The notes beneath the pieces are model-generated. The model did no database searches and was not told where the DNA came from. It saw nothing but the letters and a program-made list of their open reading frames with translations. A program made the position numbers and the translations under genes. Shown piece after piece: positions 7,632 through 16,484 of a stretch of DNA of 24,000 bases (position 1 is the stretch's first letter; every line of letters starts with the position of its first letter). The DNA lies in NCBI RefSeq assembly GCF_900105925.1, contig NZ_LT629791.1, positions 2,057,278 to 2,081,277 on the forward strand. Reading direction: 5' to 3'. The stretch is from Jiangella alkaliphila. GTDB lineage: Bacteria > Actinomycetota > Actinomycetes > Jiangellales > Jiangellaceae.

Positions 7632-9902
7632 ATGAGCACCGATCTGGCCGGCCGCTACGCCAAGGCCGAGGCACTGCTGGCGCACAACCTCAAGAAGCTG
7701 GTCCACTCCCAGCAGGTGCGGCCGAACTGGATCCGCGACACCGAGACGTTCTGGTACCGCAACCAGACGGCCGAAGGGGTGCGGTTCGTCCTCGTCGACG
7801 CCGAGGCGGGCACGCAGCGGCCGGCGTTCGACCACGAACGCCTGGCCCAGGCGCTCGGCGCCGTCCTCGACAAGGAGGTAGATCCGGCGCAGCTGCCGTT
7901 CTTCGGGATCGAGCTGACCGACGACGTGGTCCGGGTCGTCGACGGGGAGCAGCGGATCGAGATCTCGCTCGACACCTATGCCGCGACGATCCTCGGCCCG
8001 GCCCACGGCTCCGAGACGCGCTCACCGGACGGCCGCTGGTCGGTGGGGGTCCGCGACCACAACCTCTACCTCCGCGACACCGCGACGAACGAGGAACGGC
8101 AGCTCACCTCCGACGGCGCCGAGGCGTACTCGTACGGGACGCCGCCGGACTCCACCGCGAACCGTGTGATGCAGGAGAACCTCGGCTTCACCACGCCGCC
8201 GCTGGTCGTGTGGTCGCCCGACTCCACCCGTTTCGTCACCCACCGGCTCGACCAGCGCGATCTCGAGCTCATGCACCTGGTGCGGTCGGCGCCGGCGGGC
8301 GGTGGCCGGCCGACGCCGATGACCTATCGCTACGCCATGGTCGGCGAGGAGAACGTCGCGACCGCGGACTTCTTCGTCTTCGACGCGCGGACCGGGCAGG
8401 CCACCCAGGCGAAGTCCGAGCCGGTGCGGATGGACTACCTCTCGGCCATCGCGATCGGCCACGTGTGGTGGAACGCCGGCTCGACGACGGTGTACTGGCT
8501 CTCGGCCGGCCGGGGTGGCCGGACCGCTCGGCTGCACGAGTTCGACCCCGCGACCGGCGAGGTCACCGTGCTGGTCGAGGAGACCAGCGACACGAACGTC
8601 CTGCACGGCCCGCAGTTCTACGACCGCAACGTCAAGGTCCTGGACTCCGGCGAGGTGCTCTGGTGGTCCGAGCGCACCGGCTGGGGCCAGCTCTACCGGT
8701 ACGCCGCCGACGGCACCGTCAGCACCGTCACCTCCGGCGACTGGCTGGCGCGCACGGTCGTCGGCGTGGACGAGCAGAACCGTCGCGTCGTCTTCACGGC
8801 GGCCGGGCGAGAGCCGGGTGCGGACCTGTACGTGCAGGGGCTCTACTCGGTGTCGCTCGACGGCGGCGAGATCACGGCCATCGCGTCCGACGGCCTCGAC
8901 CACGACCCGCGGCCGTCGAGGTCGGGGCGGTTCTTCGTCGACGTCATGTCCCGGGTCGACGTCCCGGCGGTCTCGGTGCTGCGCGACGCGACCGGAGCGG
9001 TCGTCCTGGAGCTCGAGCGGGCCGACGCCACCGCGCTCTACGCGGCCGGCTGGTCGCCGCCGGAGCGGGTCGTCGTGAAGGCGGCCGACGGCGTGACGGA
9101 CCTCTACTGCGCGATCTACAAGCCGCACGACTTCGACCCGTCTAAGACGTACCCGGTGCTCGACGAGATCTACCCCGGCCCGCAGGTCTCCACCACGCCG
9201 ATCCGCTTCCCGCTGTCCGGCGGCGTTCTGACCGCCGAGCGGCACGCGGCGCCGTTCGCCGCCCTGGGATTCGTCGTCGTGGCGGTCGACGCGCGGGGGA
9301 CGGCGATGCGGCACCGGGCCTTCCAGGACCACGCGCGGCTGGGCGGCGACGGCGAGTTCGTGGCCGACCACGTCGCGGCGATCAAGCAGCTCGGGCAGAC
9401 CCGGCCATGGCTGGACCTCGACCGGGTCGGCATCTACGGCCACTCCGGCGGTGGCTACGCCTCGACCCGGAGCATGCTGCTGGCTCCGGACTTCTTCAAG
9501 GTCGCGGTGTCGTCCGCGGGTGACCACGACGACGCCACGTACCACGCCTGGTGGGGCGAGCGGTTCTTCGGGCTGCCCGACGAGTTCGACTACGGTCCGC
9601 ACGCCAACGCCGCGGACGTCGGCAACCTCCAGGGCAAGCTGCTGCTGGCGCACGGCGCGATGGACGACAACGTCACGCCGCACCTGACGATGCGCCTGGT
9701 GGACGCGCTGATCGACGCCAACAAGGACTTCGACCTGTTCATCGTGCCGAACGCCGACCACAGCATGTTCCATCAGCAGGCCTACTGGCTCAGGCGCCGC
9801 TGGGACTACTTCGTGCGCCACCTGATGGGCGAGACGCCGCCGTCCTACCGCATCGCCGACGTCCCGGTCGACCCCGAGGTGATCGCCGCCTACATGGGCT
9901 GA
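7632..9902 (+). CDS. S9-family serine peptidase (DPP-IV-like), copy 2, tandem paralog of 5320..7593
   Basis: Starts at ATG 7632 (MSTDLAGRYAKAEALL), preceded by the same CCCGAGGAGCGA block as copy 1. It is collinear with copy 1 over the full length. Triad context: GIYGHSGGGYAS, HGAMDDNVTP, VPNADH. Confidence 0.9.
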   Translation: MSTDLAGRYAKAEALLAHNLKKLVHSQQVRPNWIRDTETFWYRNQTAEGVRFVLVDAEAGTQRPAFDHERLAQALGAVLDKEVDPAQLPFFGIELTDDVVRVVDGEQRIEISLDTYAATILGPAHGSETRSPDGRWSVGVRDHNLYLRDTATNEERQLTSDGAEAYSYGTPPDSTANRVMQENLGFTTPPLVVWSPDSTRFVTHRLDQRDLELMHLVRSAPAGGGRPTPMTYRYAMVGEENVATADFFVFDARTGQATQAKSEPVRMDYLSAIAIGHVWWNAGSTTVYWLSAGRGGRTARLHEFDPATGEVTVLVEETSDTNVLHGPQFYDRNVKVLDSGEVLWWSERTGWGQLYRYAADGTVSTVTSGDWLARTVVGVDEQNRRVVFTAAGREPGADLYVQGLYSVSLDGGEITAIASDGLDHDPRPSRSGRFFVDVMSRVDVPAVSVLRDATGAVVLELERADATALYAAGWSPPERVVVKAADGVTDLYCAIYKPHDFDPSKTYPVLDEIYPGPQVSTTPIRFPLSGGVLTAERHAAPFAALGFVVVAVDARGTAMRHRAFQDHARLGGDGEFVADHVAAIKQLGQTRPWLDLDRVGIYGHSGGGYASTRSMLLAPDFFKVAVSSAGDHDDATYHAWWGERFFGLPDEFDYGPHANAADVGNLQGKLLLAHGAMDDNVTPHLTMRLVDALIDANKDFDLFIVPNADHSMFHQQAYWLRRRWDYFVRHLMGETPPSYRIADVPVDPEVIAAYMG

Positions 9903-11128
9903 GACGCGCTCAGCTCCGACTCGACGCCGCGGGCGGTCGCGTGGGCGGGCAGGCCCAGCCACCGCGCGACCGAGGCGCCGACGTCGGCCAGCGAGGCCAG
10001 GTCGTGCCCTCGCCGTGCCGACGCGCCGGACCCCGTCCCCGCCAGGACGGGGACCCACTCGCGGGTGTGGAACGGGTGACCGATCGTCGGGTCGTTGCCG
10101 TGGTCGCCGGTGACGACCAGCAGGTCCTCCGGGCCGAGCCGCGCCACGATCCGGGGCAGCGCGCGATCGACCGCCTCCAACTGCCCGGCGAACGCGGCCG
10201 GGTCCTGCGAGTGCCCGGCGAGGTCGGTCTGCTGGACGTTCGCCACGACCAGCCCGTGCCCCGCGGTCGCGGCGACGTCGGCCAGGACGGCGGGGGTGTC
10301 CACGCCCGGTCGCCGGTCCACCGGCGAGTCGGTCACCAGCAGGTCCGCGGCCTTCCCGATCAGCACCACCCGGTGGCCGGCCCGGGCGGCCGCCTCGGGT
10401 AGCTGGTGGGCGTGGTCGACCCTGGCGCCGAGGTGCTGCACCCGCAGCCCGCCGTTGCGGTAGAAGCCGCTGGCCGGGGTGTCCAGCCCAACGGTGCCGC
10501 CGGGGCCGGGACGGACGGCGTCGGTCAGCGGCCGGTCGGAGTGGCCGCCGACGGCGATGACGCGGGCGACCGGCGCCACGTCGCGCACGACCCGCGCGAT
10601 GTCGAGGATCGCGGCGAAGTCGAGGTCGTCCAAGCGGGCGGAGACGTTCCAGTTCAGGCCGGGGTCGGCCTCCAGATTGTCGTGGACGAGCGCGGCGTCG
10701 TCGACGACGAGGACGGGGCCGTCGTCGAGCGTCCGCACCCGGTGCCCGCGGGCCCGCAGCGCCGCCGTCACCACGTCGATCCGGTCGGCCAGCCGGCACA
10801 GGACGACGTGGGACATGTCGGCGCCCATGAGCGTCTGGTGGCCGGCGAAGGAGTCCGCGCCGGGGTAGCCAAGCCCGGCCCGGGCGCCGGCCGCCCGCAG
10901 CAGCGGGACGGGCGCGGCGAGCAGGTCGCCCAGGTCCGGCCGCAGCGCCGCCAGCCCCAGCCCGGCCAGGTGCGGCACCCGCAGCGGGCGGCCCCGCTCG
11001 CGCACCGACCAGGCGGCGACGGCGCCGACGGTGTCCGCCGCGGCGTCGGCCGCCCGGACGGCAGCCGCGTCGGGCATCGCGCCGGTGCCGAAGCCGTCGA
11101 GGACGAGGACGGTGGCCGACGGGCTCAC
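9890..11128 (-). CDS. yhfW: YhfW-like phosphopentomutase/alkaline-phosphatase-superfamily metalloenzyme
   Basis: N-terminal VLVLDGFGTGAMPD and C-terminal VVTGDHGNDPTIGHPFHTREWVPVL are the metal-binding motifs of the phosphopentomutase-like family. GTG start at 11128 overlaps the upstream stop (GTGA). The upstream 330 codons of the listed 9890..12121 ORF are off-frame Arg-rich sequence. Confidence 0.85.
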   Translation of the reverse strand: MSPSATVLVLDGFGTGAMPDAAAVRAADAAADTVGAVAAWSVRERGRPLRVPHLAGLGLAALRPDLGDLLAAPVPLLRAAGARAGLGYPGADSFAGHQTLMGADMSHVVLCRLADRIDVVTAALRARGHRVRTLDDGPVLVVDDAALVHDNLEADPGLNWNVSARLDDLDFAAILDIARVVRDVAPVARVIAVGGHSDRPLTDAVRPGPGGTVGLDTPASGFYRNGGLRVQHLGARVDHAHQLPEAAARAGHRVVLIGKAADLLVTDSPVDRRPGVDTPAVLADVAATAGHGLVVANVQQTDLAGHSQDPAAFAGQLEAVDRALPRIVARLGPEDLLVVTGDHGNDPTIGHPFHTREWVPVLAGTGSGASARRGHDLASLADVGASVARWLGLPAHATARGVESELSASQPM

Positions 11129-12288
11129 GCGACCCGGCTCCCGAGCGCGTCGAACACGCCGTCCAGCCGGGGACGCTCCGAGCCGATCCCGGCGACGACG
11201 GCCACCCGGGAGCGGGTGACGAAGATCTGCGTGCGGAACGCCATGACCGCCGTGTCGCCGACGCGCGCGCCGTCGCCGCCGCCGGTCCAGTCGAACCGCC
11301 GGTAGTAGTCGATGCTGCCCGCCGGTGTGTCGTGCAGCGTCGCCCGGCGGCGGCCGCCACCGGTGGCGACGAGCAGGTCGCGGGCCCGGCCGCGGCTGTA
11401 GAAGCCGCCGCCGAAGACGCTCGGCGCGGAGCCGAGCTGGGCGATCTCCGAGACGTACACCAGCGCCGGCCGCTCGGTGAGGCCGGCGTCGACGGCGTGC
11501 TCGGGCGTCGTGCCGGTGAGCGCGTGGCCGGGCTCGCCGACGGTGCCGCCGAGCCGCTGGATCTGCGGGATCGTGCTGACGCTGGTGTGGCTGGGCAGCG
11601 ACAGCACGGGCTCGAGGCCGGCCGCGCGCATCGTCGCGGCGGCGGCGAGCACCCGGTCCAGCGTGCCCGTGGGCCGGGGCCGGCCGGCGTCGACGTCGAA
11701 GCTCAGGCAGGGGAAGCCGGTCGCGCCGGCGACGCGCACCCCGTCCAGCCGCGCGGCGTAGTCGAGCACGCCGGCGACGTCGCCGGGTTCGAAGCCGCCG
11801 TCCTGGCCGGGGAACGTCGACTCCGCCGCGCCGCGGATCTTCAGCAGCACCGGCTGGACCCGGCCGAGTTCGTGCGCGGCTGCGGCGATGGCGGCCAGGT
11901 TCTGCTCGTCCGCCGCGGTGACGTAGGCGGGCCGTTCCGCCAGCAGGCCGGGCAGCCGGCGCCGCGGCACCTGGACCAGGTGACCCAGGTTGCCCAGCCG
12001 GGCGCCCGCGCCGATCAGCGCGGCGGCCTCTCGGTGGTCGATCGCGGCGGCCAGCGGGAGGTGCTGGGCGACGGTCGAGGTGACGAGCGGGTTGCGGCCG
12101 TACTGCTTGGCGACGAACCACAGCTCGACGCCGTGCCGCGCGCCGGTCGCCGCCAGCGCGGCCGCGTTGTGGTCCACGGCGTCGAGGTCGATCACGTACG
12201 TGTCCGGTTCGATGGCGCCGGAGCGGTGCAGGTCGATCGCGGCCTCGACGAGCGCCGGGTTGCGCCGCTCGGTCATCGCCAGGAACAT
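11125..12288 (-). CDS. yhfX: YhfX-like fold-type III PLP enzyme (alanine racemase N-terminal domain family)
   Basis: MFLAMTERRNPALVEAAIDLHRSGAIEPDTYVIDLDAVDHNAAAL, with the Lys-containing block WFVAKQYGRNP. The length (387 aa) and N-terminus resemble E. coli YhfX as I recall it. The start ATG shares one base with the upstream TGA (TGATG). Confidence 0.8.
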   Translation of the reverse strand: MFLAMTERRNPALVEAAIDLHRSGAIEPDTYVIDLDAVDHNAAALAATGARHGVELWFVAKQYGRNPLVTSTVAQHLPLAAAIDHREAAALIGAGARLGNLGHLVQVPRRRLPGLLAERPAYVTAADEQNLAAIAAAAHELGRVQPVLLKIRGAAESTFPGQDGGFEPGDVAGVLDYAARLDGVRVAGATGFPCLSFDVDAGRPRPTGTLDRVLAAAATMRAAGLEPVLSLPSHTSVSTIPQIQRLGGTVGEPGHALTGTTPEHAVDAGLTERPALVYVSEIAQLGSAPSVFGGGFYSRGRARDLLVATGGGRRRATLHDTPAGSIDYYRRFDWTGGGDGARVGDTAVMAFRTQIFVTRSRVAVVAGIGSERPRLDGVFDALGSRVA

Positions 12289-13397
12289 CAACGATCCCCT
12301 TCGGCCAGCGCCGACCGCAGCATCCGGGCGGTCAGCTCGGCGCCGGCGCGCATCGGGTTCACCCGGACCGCCCAGTCGGCCAGCTCCGGCTGCGCGGTGA
12401 GCGTCGACGACGACAGCCGGTAGACCAGCGGGGTGATCTCGTGCCGTGAGTTGGACCCGACGGGGAACGGCGCCGCGCCGTGCCGCGCGGCCCACGCCGG
12501 CAGCTGTGCCGCCACCGGCCGGTCCAGCAGCGCGACGACACACAGGTCCTGCGCGTTGGCCAGCCTGACGTCGACGACGCCGGGCACCTCGCCGCCCGCC
12601 AGCCGGCCGGCCAGCTCCGTCACCGCACCGGCCTGCGCGGCCCAGTTCAGCGGCACCATCACCAGCGCCTGCAGGGCCGCGAGCGCCTGGCCGCCCTGGA
12701 CCTGGCCGCCGCCGGAGTAGTTCGCCGCCCGCGCCCGGCCGACCAGCTCGCCGTCGCCGACGACCACACCGACGCCCTCGGGGCCGTGCAGCTTGAACAG
12801 GGAGAACGCCGAGGCGGTCGCGCCGTGCTCGACGCCGGTCCGCGGGGTGCGGTAGACCGCGTAGTTGTCGTCCACGACGACCTTGCGGCCGGCCGCGACC
12901 GCCCGGGCGATGACGTCGGCGGGCTGGTGCCGGTCGGCCAGCCGCTGGCGCGAGTGCTGGACGTAGACCCAGCGCGCCGGGTCCTCGGCGAGGACGGTGT
13001 CGAGGGCCGCGTCGTCGTCGAAGTCGACCCGCGCCACGTCGGCCAGGCCGTCGCGGAACGTCGTCGCTGTCGTCGAATAGTCCGGAGCGTCGTGGGCGAC
13101 GATCCGGCGTTGCCCCTCCGACCACGGCCCGGCCGAGAGCGCGGCCCGGATCGCGCCGGTCCCCGCGCCCTGGACCAGGCAGGCGTCCTCGGCGCCGAAC
13201 GCCTGGGCCAGCGCCGCCTCCGCACGCGCCGTCGTGTCCGGCCGGCCGAGGCCCGCGACGACGCCGACGTCGGCGCGGAACAGCGCGCCGTCGGTGAAGT
13301 GGGTCGCGATCGCGGCGACCAGCCGCTGCTGCGCGGCCAGGGCGTCGTCGGCGGTCGCGATGGGCAGCGGGGTGGTCTCGGGCAGCGTAGGGCTCAT
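12288..13397 (-). CDS. yhfS: YhfS-like fold-type I PLP-dependent enzyme (aminotransferase/lyase-like)
   Basis: VQGAGTGAIRAALSA, DDNYAVYRTPRTG, FSLFKLHGPEGVGVVVGD (candidate PLP Lys) and YSGGGQVQGGQALAAL match my recollection of E. coli YhfS. Its ATG at 13397 overlaps the php stop (ATGA). Confidence 0.8.
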   Translation of the reverse strand: MSPTLPETTPLPIATADDALAAQQRLVAAIATHFTDGALFRADVGVVAGLGRPDTTARAEAALAQAFGAEDACLVQGAGTGAIRAALSAGPWSEGQRRIVAHDAPDYSTTATTFRDGLADVARVDFDDDAALDTVLAEDPARWVYVQHSRQRLADRHQPADVIARAVAAGRKVVVDDNYAVYRTPRTGVEHGATASAFSLFKLHGPEGVGVVVGDGELVGRARAANYSGGGQVQGGQALAALQALVMVPLNWAAQAGAVTELAGRLAGGEVPGVVDVRLANAQDLCVVALLDRPVAAQLPAWAARHGAAPFPVGSNSRHEITPLVYRLSSSTLTAQPELADWAVRVNPMRAGAELTARMLRSALAEGDR

Positions 13398-14317
13398 GGG
13401 TGCTCCGTTCCGTCCAGCCAGCGCAGCGCGTTTTCTCGGTACAGCAAGTCGAGGTCCGTGGGGTCGATGCCGCGGGCGGCCAGCTCGGCGCGGAACGGGC
13501 CGAGCACGTGGCCGAAGCCCGGCCCGCCGCGGCTGGTCAGGTAGGCGTCGCGGGAGATGTCGTTGCTGAGCAGCACGTGCCGGGCGTGGCCGGCCTCCAG
13601 CAGGGCGAGCAGCAGCTCGATCCGCTTCTCGTCCGGCTGGTACGACGCCTTGCCGACGGTGTCGAACGCGACGTACGCGCCGGCGGCCGCGATGGCCCGG
13701 TGCTGCCCGGGGTCGTCGATGAGGTCCTGGTGGCCGATCGAGATGCGGTGCGGCGGGAGGCCCGCGGACGTGAGCAGGTCGAGCTGTTCCAGCCCGCCGC
13801 GCCCGAGGTGGGCGTGGGTCGCGACGGACAGGCCGGTCCGCAACGCGGCACCGGCGGCGGCCAGCAGGCCGACCCGTTCGGCCGGAGTGGCCCGCTCGCC
13901 GCTGCTGCCGATCTCGCCGATCACGCCGGGGCGGATCCCGCCGCCGAGCCCGCCGCCGATGTCGTCCACCAGCAGTCGCGTCGCCTGCTCGACGGAGTCG
14001 CCGGGCTCGCCGTCGGGGTGGAACCGCTCGTAGTACCAGCCGGTCGCGAGCACCACCTCGACGCCGGCCCGCTCGGCGATGGCGCGGGCCCGCGCCGGGT
14101 CGCCGCCCATCGCGCGGCCGGTCAGGTCGACGACGAGGCCCAGCCCGCCCGTGCTCCGGGCCGCGGCCAGCTCGGCCGCCACCGCGGCGTCGTCGCTGAC
14201 CCGCGCCTCGGCGTCGCCGAACCGAGTGAGGTCCACGACCAGGTGCTCGTGCGCGAGGACCGTGCCGGGCACGTCCGCCGGCGCGAGCACCCGGCCGCCG
14301 GCCGTCCGGATCGGCAT
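13394..14317 (-). CDS. php: Phosphotriesterase-homology protein (Php; amidohydrolase superfamily, binuclear metal centre)
   Basis: Metal-ligand motifs appear in order: LAHEHLVVDL, GEIGSSG, VATHAH, ISIGHQD, LLSNDIS. The block AYVAFDTVGKASYQPDEKRIELL closely parallels E. coli Php (AYVQFDTIGKNSYYPDEKRI, from memory). Confidence 0.9.
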   Translation of the reverse strand: MPIRTAGGRVLAPADVPGTVLAHEHLVVDLTRFGDAEARVSDDAAVAAELAAARSTGGLGLVVDLTGRAMGGDPARARAIAERAGVEVVLATGWYYERFHPDGEPGDSVEQATRLLVDDIGGGLGGGIRPGVIGEIGSSGERATPAERVGLLAAAGAALRTGLSVATHAHLGRGGLEQLDLLTSAGLPPHRISIGHQDLIDDPGQHRAIAAAGAYVAFDTVGKASYQPDEKRIELLLALLEAGHARHVLLSNDISRDAYLTSRGGPGFGHVLGPFRAELAARGIDPTDLDLLYRENALRWLDGTEHP

Positions 14318-15711
14318 CAGCCCGCCACCGGCTGCACGAGGTCGACCAGATGCAGCAGGTTGAGCACGATGCCGCCGACGATGACCGCGGTCGGGCCGGC
14401 CGCCATCCGCACGATCGGACGTCCCATCGACTCGTTGAGCAGGTACAGGCCGCCGACCAGCGCGATGCCGAGGCCGCCGCCCATGGCCAGGCCGGCCATC
14501 AGTGAGCCGACCAGGATCGCCAGCGACAGCGACTCAGTGATCGCGTGCCTGATGTGGTCGGCCGACTCGCGCACGCTCGGCCAGTGCTGCAACCACCGGC
14601 CGACGGCGCTGAGCAGCAGCACCTCGGCCGACATGACCAGCGCGCCTAGCACGAACGCGATCGCGAGCGCCAGCGGCCAGGCGTCCACCCAGATGTGGGC
14701 GAGATAGCCGATCGGGTAGACGAAGGTGAACCCGGCCATCGCGTACGCGCCCGAGGCCAGCGCCGTCGTGGCGATGAGCGGCACGAAGCCGAAGGCGCGC
14801 AGGAAGTCGACCTGGGCGGCCTCGCCGTAGGTGCCGTCGGCGACGAGGAAGCTGGTGGCCTCGCCGCCGCCGAAGATGCCGCTGGCGGCCAGCGCCGCGA
14901 CCATGCCGCCGAGGATGCCCAGCGGGATCACGTTCCTGCGCAGCCGCTCCGCGTTAGGCCCGAACAGCTGGTCCGACGCCGCGGCGGTCGCGGCCTGCCG
15001 CTCCTCGTGCTCGGCCCGGTCGGCCGCGGAACCGCCGGCCAGCACCAGCTGCTCGACCCGCCGGGCGGTCCGGTCCTGGGTCAGCGCGAACCCGAGCAGC
15101 ATGATCACGCCGAGCGCCATGGCCAGCGACCCCGGGAACAGGTCCGGCCAGACGTTCATCGACAGCAGGATCATCGCGACCTCGGCGCCGAACGTGATCA
15201 GGCCCTTCGCGCGGCCGAACTGGCGGGTGATCGCCAGCACCGGGAACAGCGTGAACAGCCAGAGGATCGGGGTCGAGATCTGTTGCAGGGCCGTGACGAA
15301 GTCGATCGGCAGCGACGTCGCGGCCGAGTTGGCGGCGTTGAGGCCGAAGACGCAGACGGCGCCCCACGCCGCGCCGCCGGTGGCCGCGAGCCACCGCCAC
15401 GGCGCGATCAGGCCGATGATCTCCACCGGCAGGAACACCAGCCACGGGTTGAGCACTCCGGTCGACAGCGCCATCGGCGCGCCGAGCCCGAAGATGAACC
15501 CGGCCGAGAGCCCGGTGACGATCGTCGCGGTGGCCAGCCGGGTGGACCGGCCCTGGATGTAGTCGAGCAGGAACGGCCGGGCGCCGTCGTTGAAGACCGC
15601 GAGCGCGGCGTTCGCGATCAGCGCCGCGAACGCGCACAGCACGATGACCAGCACGCTCTGCCAGGCGTCGAACGAGACCGACGCCGTGTCGGTGGCGGCG
15701 AGGAGCGTCAT
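14317..15711 (-). CDS. yhfT: YhfT-like polytopic inner-membrane protein (putative transporter)
   Basis: 464 aa and highly hydrophobic, with many predicted TM segments. The blocks GFVPLIATTALASGAYAMAGFTFVY, SAEVLLLSAVGRWLQHWPSVRESADHIRHA and LNESMGRP match the YhfT family as I recall it. The start and stop overlap both neighbouring genes. Confidence 0.85.
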   Translation of the reverse strand: MTLLAATDTASVSFDAWQSVLVIVLCAFAALIANAALAVFNDGARPFLLDYIQGRSTRLATATIVTGLSAGFIFGLGAPMALSTGVLNPWLVFLPVEIIGLIAPWRWLAATGGAAWGAVCVFGLNAANSAATSLPIDFVTALQQISTPILWLFTLFPVLAITRQFGRAKGLITFGAEVAMILLSMNVWPDLFPGSLAMALGVIMLLGFALTQDRTARRVEQLVLAGGSAADRAEHEERQAATAAASDQLFGPNAERLRRNVIPLGILGGMVAALAASGIFGGGEATSFLVADGTYGEAAQVDFLRAFGFVPLIATTALASGAYAMAGFTFVYPIGYLAHIWVDAWPLALAIAFVLGALVMSAEVLLLSAVGRWLQHWPSVRESADHIRHAITESLSLAILVGSLMAGLAMGGGLGIALVGGLYLLNESMGRPIVRMAAGPTAVIVGGIVLNLLHLVDLVQPVAG

Positions 15712-16076
15712 GCGTCCGCCCCCTGTCGTCTCGCGTCCAGTACCGCCCAGAGCGCCGGCACGACGTCCTGGACCTGGTCCAGGGCGAAGCCGAAGGCGAG
15801 GTTGCCCGCGTCGACGGCGGCCTCGATCGCCTCGGCGGAGGGGATCGACCGGCCGAACGTGTGCGTCTTGTCCGAGCCGAGCAGCCCCACGAGCACCCCG
15901 AGGCTCGCGCCGGCGCCGGTGTGGCAGGTGCCGAGGTAGTAGTCCGCCTCGCCGGTGCGCAGCTGGATGGCCGCGTCCATGTCCGTGCCGATGACGACGC
16001 TGTCGTCCGGTCCGAGCAGTGGTCGCAGCACCTCCGCGACCTCGGTCTTCGCAACTCCACCAGCGATGATCTTCAT
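15708..16076 (-). CDS. yhfU: YhfU-like small protein (DUF2620 family)
   Basis: MKIIAGGVAKTEV...GEADYYLGTCHTGAGASLGVLVGLLG parallels the E. coli YhfU block YYIGACNTGAGAALS. ATG at 16076 has AAGGAG upstream on the minus strand. The listed 15708..16457 ORF carries a spurious Arg/Pro-rich N-terminal extension. Confidence 0.8.
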   Translation of the reverse strand: MKIIAGGVAKTEVAEVLRPLLGPDDSVVIGTDMDAAIQLRTGEADYYLGTCHTGAGASLGVLVGLLGSDKTHTFGRSIPSAEAIEAAVDAGNLAFGFALDQVQDVVPALWAVLDARRQGADA

Positions 16077-16453
16077 CGGTTCTCCTTGGTTGCGGTCAGC
16101 GCGAGGGCGCCGAGATGGAGGCTGAGGTATTGCTGCTCGACGGCGGACAGGGCGACGCCGAGCGCGGCTTGCGCACGGCCGGACACGCCGGCGGCGGCGT
16201 CCACGGCGGCCGGGGCCTCGTCGACGACCTGCTGGTAGACGGCGTCGGCCGGCGGCTCGACGTCCGGCTCGCCGCGCAGCAGCCGCCCGAGCGCGGCGAC
16301 GAGGTGCGAGGTGAGCGAGCCCGCGGTGTCGTCGGTGACCTCGAAGTCCGGTTCGAGCCGGGCGAGCTCGCTGGTCACGAACTCGACGACACCCGGAGGG
16401 GTCTGCGCCATCTCGCGGAACAGGTCGAGGCGCAGGCGGAGGCGGTCGTCCAT
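16073..16453 (-). CDS. yhfY: YhfY-like PRD-domain protein
   Basis: About 126 aa, all-helical: MDDRLRLRLDLFREMAQTP...VEQQYLSLHLGALAL. Its size and its position between the regulator and yhfU match YhfY. The stop overlaps the yhfU-like ATG (ATGA). The family assignment rests on context and on weak motif recall. Confidence 0.6.
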   Translation of the reverse strand: MDDRLRLRLDLFREMAQTPPGVVEFVTSELARLEPDFEVTDDTAGSLTSHLVAALGRLLRGEPDVEPPADAVYQQVVDEAPAAVDAAAGVSGRAQAALGVALSAVEQQYLSLHLGALALTATKENR

Positions 16454-16484
16454 GCATCGCTCCGTCGGTAGGTGGGATGGTCGG

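Noticed and set aside
8022-11360. 1112-aa minus-strand ORF spanning S9 copy 2 and the yhfW-like gene
   Set aside because: It has extreme Arg/Pro/Gly content and no motifs. It overlaps two well-supported genes on different strands and frames, so it is a high-GC artefact.
11129-13125. Long N-terminal extensions of the listed ORFs 9890..12121, 11125..13125, 15708..16457 and 16073..16708
   Set aside because: The extensions are Arg/Gly/Pro-rich nonsense that overlap the upstream operon genes. Internal starts giving ATGA/GTGA coupling fit the expected family lengths.
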